64,000 nt of DNA. Origin: Patescibacteria group bacterium (GTDB lineage: Bacteria > Patescibacteriota > Patescibacteriia > Magasanikbacterales > GWA2-37-8). Of the stretch, positions 11,175 to 19,455 are shown piece after piece (the stretch's first letter is position 1; each line of letters begins with the position of its first letter). A model generated the notes under the pieces. That model worked only from the letters and a program-made list of their open reading frames with translations, was not told where the DNA came from and searched no databases. Where the stretch lies: assembly GCA_041661385.1 (NCBI GenBank), contig JBAZUP010000001.1, positions 354,560 to 418,559 on the forward strand, given 5' to 3'. A program made the translations under genes and the position numbers.

Positions 11175-12632
11175 TTATATTGATTCTTTATATTTTTTTG
11201 TCCTCGTTCTTTTTTTAGTTGATTTTATTTTAAACGGATGTAATAAAATATCCTCATCAATTGTAGATTTAGTATCCCCACCTCCGGCGGCAGTAATAAA
11301 ATTTTCATGCATTTTTTGAAGTTCAGCTTCCGGCAATTCGGTAAAAGCCGCAGTCGCCACTTCCGAACCTTCTCGAAATTCTTGGTCTTTAATTAAAACA
11401 TCCGGATGGACCTGAAACGCCCGTTCGTTCCAGCCTAATAAATGTAAACCGGTCAAACGCCTAACTCGCGAAAGCGCGACATACCCTTGGCCGAATTCAA
11501 AAACCGCGCCAAGGTCCATTACCGCCTCATCCAAACTCATGCCTTGGCTTTTGTGAATGGTAATCGCCCAAGCCAGCCGAAGCGGCAATTGGATAATTCT
11601 CGCGCGCACCTGATTTCCTTCTTCCACCGACCACTCCATCGAATCAACTGTTATTTCTCTGCCGTCACGCATTCTGACAATCGGCAATTTAGTGGTCTGA
11701 TTAAAATCGATTACTGTGCCGAGTGTTCCATTTACAAATCCTTCTTTATTATTATTTTTTGTAAACATTACCTCCGCTCCAACTTTTAAATTTAAAATTT
11801 CCGGCGACAAACAACCCCTTTTCAAAGCTTCCGCAAGCGATTTCGAACCGTGCGCTGTCATAATATATTGCTCTGACCGACCGACAATTTTTTCAAGCAT
11901 CGCATTATTCACCAAATCAACATCGACATTATGTGAATAAATTTTTAAAATATTATTGTGGACTTTCTCGTGAGCCACTTTTCTTGTTTCAATTAATTTT
12001 AAATGATCCGAATCAAAAATATTTTTACGAATCGCGGTAAGTATGGCAAAAAAACCATTATCATCCTGGCGATGCTGTTCAGTTAAATAACAGGTCATGA
12101 AGTTCGCTTTTTTCCAAGACGAAGAATCATAAGCGAAACGTTCGGGCGGATTATTGATGAGAGTGGGTTGAGTTTTGACCGTTTCAAATCTATTTACTAT
12201 TGGCGGTAATTGAAAAAAATCACCTACTAAAATGATTTGTAAACCGCCAAACGGTTCAGTAGACTCTTTTATTCCCCGGCAAACCGCATCCACCTTGGCG
12301 AGCGTATCGGGCGCGAGCATCGACACTTCGTCGATAATAAGAATCTTTGCCCGACTGATACGTTTTACAATATATTCACTCGACGTAATTCGATCAAGAT
12401 CATATTTGCTAAAAGTATTTTTTATTCCAATACCACTCCAAGAATGAATCGTCATGCCGCCAATATGCGTCGCGGCAATACCAGTCGACGCTGTGACCGA
12501 TGGAGCAATTCCTCGCGCACGCAAATAATTCGTATACTGATTTATCGTATGCGTCTTGCCGGAACCAGGTTCACCTGTTAAAAAAACATTAGCACCGGTT
12601 TTTAATATCATGAGCGCTTCTTCCTGTGTCAT
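11175..12632 (-). CDS. PIF1-family SF1B DNA helicase
   Basis: GEPGSGKT, STGIAA, DEVSM, PFGGLQIILVGDFFQLPP, AWAITIHKSQGMSL, GQGYVALSR. Confidence 0.92.
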   Translation of the reverse strand: MTQEEALMILKTGANVFLTGEPGSGKTHTINQYTNYLRARGIAPSVTASTGIAATHIGGMTIHSWSGIGIKNTFSKYDLDRITSSEYIVKRISRAKILIIDEVSMLAPDTLAKVDAVCRGIKESTEPFGGLQIILVGDFFQLPPIVNRFETVKTQPTLINNPPERFAYDSSSWKKANFMTCYLTEQHRQDDNGFFAILTAIRKNIFDSDHLKLIETRKVAHEKVHNNILKIYSHNVDVDLVNNAMLEKIVGRSEQYIMTAHGSKSLAEALKRGCLSPEILNLKVGAEVMFTKNNNKEGFVNGTLGTVIDFNQTTKLPIVRMRDGREITVDSMEWSVEEGNQVRARIIQLPLRLAWAITIHKSQGMSLDEAVMDLGAVFEFGQGYVALSRVRRLTGLHLLGWNERAFQVHPDVLIKDQEFREGSEVATAAFTELPEAELQKMHENFITAAGGGDTKSTIDEDILLHPFKIKSTKKRTRTKKYKESI

Positions 12633-12692
12633 AATTTTAAATTAGCACTCATTTTATCATTTTTTATGCAAAAAGTAAACCGGCAACCCAAC

Positions 12693-12722
12693 AAAAAACC
12701 GGTTCATTTTTAACCGGTTTTT
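12693..12722 (-). terminator. Intrinsic terminator
   Basis: aaaaaaccggtt...aaccggttttt inverted repeat. Confidence 0.65.
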
Positions 12723-12738
12723 GTTAATAAACAAATTC

Positions 12739-13218
12739 TTAATTCCATTTTTTACGACCAACAAACAAATACTCTTTCCAAACCATCCAAACAATCAAAG
12801 CGTCGATTACTGTTAAAACCAATAGCCAAATTGAATGCGTAAAATTAAAACGATATATTTGGTAAAAAATAAAGGCGGTAAAAACAAAAATTGATGCCGG
12901 GTACGCCCATAGCTTGTTTTTTAATAAACCGATTATAACTGCGAGTTTAACAATGCCGTGAGACAACAAGTAAAAAACTATAAACTGCTGGGTTCCTTGA
13001 AAAAAAGTGTGAGAAAAATTAATAAGATAGTTAGCAACGATGTCTTTTGGGTCTTCACCAAGTTCCGAACTCGTTATAATATAAATAAATTTTACTATAT
13101 TATAATTACTGGTAAAGTAAAAAAGTAAACCGCCGATAATTTCAACAACTGCAAAAGCGCTTTTAAACCACAAGCTGATTTTTAAAAGAAAATGTATAGT
13201 TTTTTCGCGAATTGGCAT
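12739..13218 (-). CDS. DUF2127-family membrane protein
   Basis: ELGEDPKD, YLLSHGIVKL, KLWAYP, YQIYRF pattern. Confidence 0.8.
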   Translation of the reverse strand: MPIREKTIHFLLKISLWFKSAFAVVEIIGGLLFYFTSNYNIVKFIYIITSSELGEDPKDIVANYLINFSHTFFQGTQQFIVFYLLSHGIVKLAVIIGLLKNKLWAYPASIFVFTAFIFYQIYRFNFTHSIWLLVLTVIDALIVWMVWKEYLFVGRKKWN

Positions 13219-13223
13219 ATAAT

Positions 13224-13796
13224 TTAAACCTTTAGCAAGCCGCGGAATCCTCTAACGCCATAATATGATTCCGCACCATTGTGATACACAAAGACCTGAC
13301 CATAGCGACAATCACAAAATAAAGCGCCGCCAAGTTTTCTAATTTCGGCGGGTGTCTTAACCCAACTTGATGTTTTCGTATCAAAATTTCCAAGCTTCTG
13401 CAACTCGCGATATTGTTCTTCGGTTAAAATCTCAATACCCATGCTCACCGCCATATCAATAGCATTATTTTTTGGCTTGTGTTCTTTTCTCGAATCTAGC
13501 GCTTCACGATCGTAACAAATACTTCTGCGATCAATCGGAGATTCCGCCGAACAATCATAAAAAATATATTCATCAGTTTTTTTATCAAACCCTACAACAT
13601 CCGGCTCACCGCCGGTTTTTTCCATTTCAAAGAGTGGCCACAATTTTTCTGGTTTGGCCTCCAGCTTTGATTGCACCTTTTTCCACTCAAGACCCTTGTG
13701 GCGCTTCATGTTTTTCTCAAAACGAACATTCAAAGTCTTTAGCAGTTCTTCGCCTTGTTCTTGTGGTAACTTCTTATTGTTATTAATTTTTGTCAT
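13224..13796 (-). CDS. DUF4256-family protein
   Basis: RFEKNMKRHKGLEW, MEKTGGEPDVV, FDTKTSSW, YHNGAESYY.RGFRG. Confidence 0.88.
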   Translation of the reverse strand: MTKINNNKKLPQEQGEELLKTLNVRFEKNMKRHKGLEWKKVQSKLEAKPEKLWPLFEMEKTGGEPDVVGFDKKTDEYIFYDCSAESPIDRRSICYDREALDSRKEHKPKNNAIDMAVSMGIEILTEEQYRELQKLGNFDTKTSSWVKTPAEIRKLGGALFCDCRYGQVFVYHNGAESYYGVRGFRGLLKV

Positions 13797-13879
13797 ATTC
13801 GAAATGAGTGAGCGAAATGTTTGGCTTGCAAAACATTTCCGAGCGAATGAGAATATATGTGGCGAAGCCCCTATATATA
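13794..13879. repeat. Dispersed structured repeat, copy 1 (related to the 45022-45177 copies)
   Basis: catattcgaaatgagtgagcgaa-[hairpin]-ttccgagcgaatgagaatatatgtggcgaagccc closely matches the unit upstream of tpiA. Confidence 0.8.
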
Positions 13880-13986
13880 ATTAATGGTAATAGGTATTAT
13901 ACGCCTGCAAATAAAAAAGGCCAGCATTTCTGTTGGTCGTTTTTTGCAGCGAGGATACGAAAAATTACGAAACGAATTTAAGGATT

Positions 13987-14067
13987 AGGGCGGGCGGAAG
14001 GAGGCCTGCCCGCAATACTACGCATAGCGTTGCAGGCGGGGGTTTGGGGAGGAATTCCGCCCGCCCT
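13987..14067. repeat. GC-rich nested palindromic (REP-like) element
   Basis: Perfect 13-bp inverted repeat agggcgggcggaa / ttccgcccgccct enclosing a second imperfect palindrome cctgcccgcaat...ttgcaggcggg. Confidence 0.7.
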
Positions 14068-14092
14068 GGGGCCCGCGCGCTTTTTGACGATT

Positions 14093-15130
14093 TCAAGTTT
14101 TTCCGTTTTTATTGTTACTCGACATCACATTATTGTCCTGGCTGATGCCTAAATCAGAACTTGAATTAAACTCGTTCAAAACATCATTAATATCAACAAA
14201 TTGTTTAATTTCCGATTCGCCGCTTTCTAAATCTATGACAATGTGCCCCAAGGATGTTTTTACGGCATTTTGCTTTAGCGAATTTTCTCCCGACGAGTAA
14301 TTAGAATCATAATATCGTTTATCAACATCGGTTCTATTTTCATCTGAGTCTTCCTCTCTCCGTTTTTCGGAAATAATATTCAGCCTTGTTTTATTTCCCT
14401 TAATCTCTTGAAATAATCGCTCAGAAAAAGATGTTACCAGCCCGTGGTGTGGAGTAATTAAAAAATCAATTCCAATTTCATTCAGCTGGTTTTTGAATTC
14501 AGTATTGTTTTCAATCAAGTACTCCATACCTTCTTTTAGAATATCTCCAGGCATTAAAACGCTCTTAGCTTCTAATTGAATAAACAGAAGAAGGCTTATA
14601 TTATTTGCGTATCCGGGTTTTAAAATTTCAGAATTTCCACACTCATTTGGTTTAATATAGAACAATTTTACCACCTCTGGAATGGTTGAAACCAAGGGGT
14701 TGGACGGAGACATTCCGAAAGGGTTGCCAGGAACATTTGCAGTCCTTTTTTTCATATCAGAAAGTACCAACTTCCTAATTTCATTTTCTCCAGTAATAAA
14801 ATTAATAATTATTTTAAAAATACTATCTTGGGTTTCGTTGTCGTTCGGACAAGTCATGTAATTTGGATGAAATCTTTCCCTAAATATTTCATAATCAGAT
14901 ATGTGGTCATTATCCAAATGACTAAGAAACAACTGGTCTATGTAGAACTTGTCAGGACTACCAAAAGTATCCGCTTTTCTAAAGGATCGGCTGTGTGCCA
15001 AAGGAATCAAAAAATTTTCTACCGGAGAAAATTCGGAACTCTTTCCGAGATCAATTACCAATTTTTTATCATCAATTTCAGCATAGGATGACAATGCCCC
15101 GCCTACATTAAAAATTGCAATCTTTTTCAT
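14093..15130 (-). CDS. Metallo-beta-lactamase-fold hydrolase (ComEC/Rec2-like motifs)
   Basis: FNVGG, IDLG, SHLDNDH, NNIS, MPGD, TPHHG. Confidence 0.85.
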   Translation of the reverse strand: MKKIAIFNVGGALSSYAEIDDKKLVIDLGKSSEFSPVENFLIPLAHSRSFRKADTFGSPDKFYIDQLFLSHLDNDHISDYEIFRERFHPNYMTCPNDNETQDSIFKIIINFITGENEIRKLVLSDMKKRTANVPGNPFGMSPSNPLVSTIPEVVKLFYIKPNECGNSEILKPGYANNISLLLFIQLEAKSVLMPGDILKEGMEYLIENNTEFKNQLNEIGIDFLITPHHGLVTSFSERLFQEIKGNKTRLNIISEKRREEDSDENRTDVDKRYYDSNYSSGENSLKQNAVKTSLGHIVIDLESGESEIKQFVDINDVLNEFNSSSDLGISQDNNVMSSNNKNGKT

Positions 15131-15798
15131 ATTTTCTTTAAACTCAACAATACGGTTTTAAAAACTAATCCTCGAGCCAAGCCTCTGCCTCTCCATAAAA
15201 AAATAACAAACAATAATGAACTTAAAATACTATAATAAAAGTATTTATTAACTAATAAAATAACGGCTATAATAAAAAATTCCAAAGAAATCACTCGCAC
15301 AAACAAATAATTTCTGTTTGCCGTTTTTATTTCATCAGTTTCACTTACATGAGAGTAAAGTTTCCAAAAAATACTCTGAGACATATCATCATTATTTTTA
15401 TCCTTTTTCCACCACCAAAAAGACAAATCAGAATATTTCTGGTTAAAAGGGCGTAACACCGCTTCTTCTAATTTAATATCTTTTACCAATTCATTTCTTT
15501 TATTCTCATTCTTTATTACTGGATTACAACTGTATAAAAAGACTTCTGACGGTCTTCGTAATTTAAAAAAGATATCTATGACCCACTCTATCTCGTGAGC
15601 AATGGTTTGCAGCACCTCCCCAGCAATGAACGCGGAACAAAAAAACAAAAATGTGTAAAGAAAATCCAAATTTTCGTTAAAGCCAAAATTAATTTTATCT
15701 ACAAATATAAAAAATAGGATTAACAATAAAAATCCGCCAGGCATTACCTTAATGACCAAGTCTTCTAATGAGAATTTTTCTACCATAATATTAAACAA
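15127..15798 (-). CDS. Hypothetical multi-pass membrane protein coupled to the MBL hydrolase gene
   Basis: About four hydrophobic segments; ATGA overlap with the MBL gene. Confidence 0.75.
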   Translation of the reverse strand: MFNIMVEKFSLEDLVIKVMPGGFLLLILFFIFVDKINFGFNENLDFLYTFLFFCSAFIAGEVLQTIAHEIEWVIDIFFKLRRPSEVFLYSCNPVIKNENKRNELVKDIKLEEAVLRPFNQKYSDLSFWWWKKDKNNDDMSQSIFWKLYSHVSETDEIKTANRNYLFVRVISLEFFIIAVILLVNKYFYYSILSSLLFVIFLWRGRGLARGLVFKTVLLSLKKI

Positions 15799-15825
15799 TA
15801 ATGATTTGTAGAATCTACAAACTCA

Positions 15826-16491
15826 CTACAAACCTAAGGCGGTTAGCTTTTGATCAATATAGTCGGAGCCTTGTGTTTCTCGCGGAAACGATCCGTCGGC
15901 ATTAAAGAATGTAATCTCTTTTTCAGGGTGGGTGGCCTTCTTTGGAAAGAAAGATGTAATTTTTTCAATATCAGTAAATGGCGCTTTTTCTATTTCTTCT
16001 CCTTCGATTTCTGCAGTATGAGCTCCCGAAGACAATGATTTGGTATTTGGTCTCTCCTTTATAAGCTCGCCCATTCTCGTAGCTGCTAACTGCCAATAAG
16101 TCGCGAGAGCTATTTCATGTTCAACGATAGATCCTTCATGGAATTTTTCAAGGTGTTCCAATAACTCTTTTGTGACATCCCAAAGAGAATCATATTTCAT
16201 TGAACCCTCGGAGTAATCAATTTTAGTTGACTCTCCGATCATAAGTAAAAACATTGATTTAAGTAAATAGTCTTTTCCGTCTATATTACTTTGTCGAGAA
16301 AATACCTCAATCCAACTGTCATCAATTTTTTCAAATAAATGAGGGTAATCTTTAAATCTTTCTTTCCTTTTTAGCTCGTATTCAGCATTAGATTTCTCGC
16401 TTGCAATCGCTTCTTTCTCGTCTTCTTTCTGGCGATAAATCCGCCAGAGTATATAGGCTATTATTGCCAACAAAATATAAACTAAAGTCAT
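15826..16491 (-). CDS. Hypothetical protein with an N-terminal membrane anchor
   Basis: 221-aa ORF with operon spacing; N-terminal hydrophobic helix. Confidence 0.7.
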   Translation of the reverse strand: MTLVYILLAIIAYILWRIYRQKEDEKEAIASEKSNAEYELKRKERFKDYPHLFEKIDDSWIEVFSRQSNIDGKDYLLKSMFLLMIGESTKIDYSEGSMKYDSLWDVTKELLEHLEKFHEGSIVEHEIALATYWQLAATRMGELIKERPNTKSLSSGAHTAEIEGEEIEKAPFTDIEKITSFFPKKATHPEKEITFFNADGSFPRETQGSDYIDQKLTALGL

Positions 16492-16499
16492 AAATTTAT

Positions 16500-17105
16500 C
16501 TAAAAAATAAGTGATAGATAATTTCGGAATTTAATTATAACCCCAATAATTAGAAAGATGGTAGCTACTACAACAAATTGATTTTTAGACAAACTAGAAA
16601 TTGGAATCTTTTTCCCGTCATTTAAGATTTTAACCAATTTGTTTCTTTCTAAGCATGCGGGGCAAATATACGGATTTGTTGATACAAAAAATATTAATAG
16701 CCCAAATATATTCAGTATGGTAAATAAAAATGCAATTCCAAAGATCCAGCGCGCTTCCCATTTGTATGGTTTTTTAACCTGACCACAACGTTTGCACTCT
16801 ACAAAAATTATATAAGATTTGCTTTTTTCAGGAATAATTAACTTGTTTAAAGAAAGCGCGGATGCAACAGCATTTTTGTTTTGAATTGTTTCTTCGTTTT
16901 GATTAGCAAAATATTCAGCATCAGAGGCAGCTTTAATCTGCTCATCTTTTTTCTGTAAATCTTCAGTTGTTTTTAGATCAGTAAATAATTTTGTCTTTTC
17001 CTCCTCCAAATACTTGTAATATTTTTGCCATTCCACTTCTGGGTCCAAGCCCTCATCCTTCATCCGTTTGACCGCCCTTTGCTCAAAAATTTTTTCGTCC
17101 GTCAT
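16500..17105 (-). CDS. Hypothetical membrane protein with a split zinc ribbon (LITAF-like layout)
   Basis: CKRC, a hydrophobic hairpin, CPAC, then a C-terminal TM. Confidence 0.65.
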   Translation of the reverse strand: MTDEKIFEQRAVKRMKDEGLDPEVEWQKYYKYLEEEKTKLFTDLKTTEDLQKKDEQIKAASDAEYFANQNEETIQNKNAVASALSLNKLIIPEKSKSYIIFVECKRCGQVKKPYKWEARWIFGIAFLFTILNIFGLLIFFVSTNPYICPACLERNKLVKILNDGKKIPISSLSKNQFVVVATIFLIIGVIIKFRNYLSLIF

Positions 17106-17122
17106 AAATTTTTATTAGTTTT

Positions 17123-17575
17123 TCAATTAAAAAATTTATCAATAGCCGATAATGTACTGAATAAATTTAGTCCCGGCAGAAGTTTATCAGTAAACGCAAA
17201 AATAAGCACAAGTGTAAACATAAAAAGAATTAAGCCGGCGACAGGAATTAAAGACAGCAATTTTTTAATGCCCTTTTGTTGATTTAGTAATTTAATAAAA
17301 TAATAAAATAGCGTACCGACGACAACGAGATCAATGGCATACAGCCACCATATGAAAACTAACGAAAAAGTTGATACTCCTTCAGATGCCGCCGAGTGAA
17401 AAAAAGAGGATGCCAATAAAAATATTGTGGTTTTTAGAAAAGTCCAACCGACAGGAGCAAAAAAACTATAGATTACATAAACAAGCAAAAGAAGTCGCAA
17501 TGGCAAAAGAAAATCCCTTTTTAAAACATCATGCAAGAAAAATGATTTGACCTGGTCATATTGAGAGTTCTTCAT
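17123..17575 (-). CDS. Hypothetical membrane protein
   Basis: 150 aa with 3-4 hydrophobic segments. Confidence 0.6.
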   Translation of the reverse strand: MKNSQYDQVKSFFLHDVLKRDFLLPLRLLLLVYVIYSFFAPVGWTFLKTTIFLLASSFFHSAASEGVSTFSLVFIWWLYAIDLVVVGTLFYYFIKLLNQQKGIKKLLSLIPVAGLILFMFTLVLIFAFTDKLLPGLNLFSTLSAIDKFFN

Positions 17576-17583
17576 ATGTAAAA

Positions 17584-17781
17584 CTACATAATTAAATCAT
17601 CAATACTTATCTCAAGTGCTTTTGCAATTTTCTTGAGAGTATCTAGAGTAGGATTTTGGTTTTTTCCTGACTCAATTTTAATAATCGTGTTATTTGCCAC
17701 ATCGGCTAATCTGGCCAATTTTTCTTGTGATAATTTTTTGTCTTCTCTAAGTTTTCGTAAATTTGTGTTAATGTTTGACAT
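17584..17781 (-). CDS. XRE-family helix-turn-helix transcriptional regulator
   Basis: LRKLREDKKLSQEKLA...IESG..NPTLDTLKKIAKAL. Confidence 0.92.
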   Translation of the reverse strand: MSNINTNLRKLREDKKLSQEKLARLADVANNTIIKIESGKNQNPTLDTLKKIAKALEISIDDLIM

Positions 17782-17922
17782 ACCTACATCAGAATAGTAG
17801 AATTAAAGTGGTAGTAATATTTCTTTTCTAGTACTTTAAAGCTACACCCAAAATTCGAAATAGACAAGGGAGTTCCAACCCCCTCTGCGCATAGGTCAAG
17901 TTCCACTCCATAATATCTTACA

Positions 17923-17960
17923 AAATAAAATAACTCCTTATTTAAGGAGTTATTTTATTT
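17923..17960 (-). terminator. Perfect 18-bp inverted repeat / terminator abutting the putative attL
   Basis: aaataaaataactcctta-tt-taaggagttattttattt. Confidence 0.7.
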
Positions 17961-18099
17961 GCAGGACAGTCCGGTCTAGAACTTTTTATGGTGAGGCCGT
18001 TGAGGGCTTCTTGAAGGGTCGCTTCCCCTTCTATATAATCCCTCTCGGTCGGGGTCTAAAATGCGACAAATGCGACAGAGCTAACAATATATGATGACC

Positions 18100-18852
18100 T
18101 TATTTTTTTATTGTATTTTCAGCCAAAATGGTTCTTCTTTTAAATTCTTTTAGAATATCATTTGAGTCAATTGATTTTCTAAAATGAAAACAACTCGCTT
18201 GATTTTTCTCCGGAACAACATAATCAATCAAACTCTTCCCGTCTGGATCCCCACAGTGAACTTGATGGACAAATTGCTTACTATATTTTTCTCTATCATT
18301 ATAGTCACAATAATAAATGATCTTGTCGGTACTTAGCTGGAATACATGGGAATCCCCGTGGCCAAAAAAATATACTTCTTTTATACTTTTATCACTCATT
18401 ATTTTCTCAATATCTTTAACATTTGCCATAGTATAAAATGAAAACCTCTTACCTTCTATTTTTAACAATTCAACTAACGCAACAATTTCGCTTTTTAAAT
18501 AATTATGTTTAATCCAAGCTTCCAACTTAAACCAGTCTGATTGCCCTAAAACAATGACGGTTTCCGCAGGAATGTTTTGTTCAAAAGTATTAATATACTT
18601 GTGTATTAAATGGTCCTGGATTGGAATTATAATTGCAAATATTGGTGAGAGAAAAAACCTCAAAAAATCATCCCAGAAAATCAAGGTTCCATAAACCATT
18701 ACAAAAAATACATGTACATAAACAACAGAAAGAAAACCATACCCCTTAATTACCAAAACACCCAAACAAAAAATATAAACAAAAAATTGAATCAACCCCA
18801 CATCGGTTCTTCTCAAAATTTTTTCTACTTTTTTCATAAAAATTTCAACCAA
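18100..18852 (-). CDS. 2-TM membrane protein with a putative caspase/CHAT-like His-Cys domain (ATG at 18837 is a likely start)
   Basis: N-terminal TMs; EVYFFGHG and HQVHCG motifs; last gene of the CBASS operon. Confidence 0.55.
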   Translation of the reverse strand: MVEIFMKKVEKILRRTDVGLIQFFVYIFCLGVLVIKGYGFLSVVYVHVFFVMVYGTLIFWDDFLRFFLSPIFAIIIPIQDHLIHKYINTFEQNIPAETVIVLGQSDWFKLEAWIKHNYLKSEIVALVELLKIEGKRFSFYTMANVKDIEKIMSDKSIKEVYFFGHGDSHVFQLSTDKIIYYCDYNDREKYSKQFVHQVHCGDPDGKSLIDYVVPEKNQASCFHFRKSIDSNDILKEFKRRTILAENTIKK

Positions 18853-18858
18853 TAATAG

Positions 18859-19449
18859 CTAGAATGCCCCAATAAATTTAAGCTTCCATCTATCAGTATA
18901 TTTTAGTTCAATTTTTTTATATCTAAATTTATATTTTATAAGACTAAAATTGTCAAAAAGTTGACCCGCATCATCTAAAACACTACTTAGCCCATCTTCC
19001 GTCAAATCATTTGGAATTAATATTCTTAATGACGGTTCAAACGGGCCAGAAATTGTATTTGCCAAGACAATAAATTCACGGTTTTTGCTTTGCAAATACT
19101 TATACGATTTAACGACAACCAATTTTGTAATCTCCCACCCGATGTTGGGCAAAACAAATACCGTAAAAAAATATATACCTGGACCAATCCATGATTCAAT
19201 ACTAAAATAACCGCCGCCGCCCAACATCGGCTCATTTCTTCCTCTAATCAAATCGTTTAATCTAAACTTAAAAAAATGCTTAATCCCAAACCACTTATAA
19301 TTAAAATACCCTTTAATTATATCGATATAATATAATCTACTTTTAAAGTAGATCTTCACCTCGCCATTACCTGCAATCGTTCCCTCTAAATCTTTTAGAA
19401 TTTTATTATTAAGCGATTCATCTGTTACAAATATGGTAGTTTTATCCAT
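18859..19449 (-). CDS. Hypothetical protein with a Gly-rich turn and central hydrophobic helix
   Basis: 196 aa; 6-nt gap from the CD-NTase gene; LGGGG followed by a hydrophobic stretch. Confidence 0.6.
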   Translation of the reverse strand: MDKTTIFVTDESLNNKILKDLEGTIAGNGEVKIYFKSRLYYIDIIKGYFNYKWFGIKHFFKFRLNDLIRGRNEPMLGGGGYFSIESWIGPGIYFFTVFVLPNIGWEITKLVVVKSYKYLQSKNREFIVLANTISGPFEPSLRILIPNDLTEDGLSSVLDDAGQLFDNFSLIKYKFRYKKIELKYTDRWKLKFIGAF

Positions 19450-19455
19450 AATAAT

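Noticed and set aside
18060-18079. Short direct repeat aatgcgaca x2 near the left island junction
   Set aside because: Only two 9-bp copies; too little to call iterons or binding sites.
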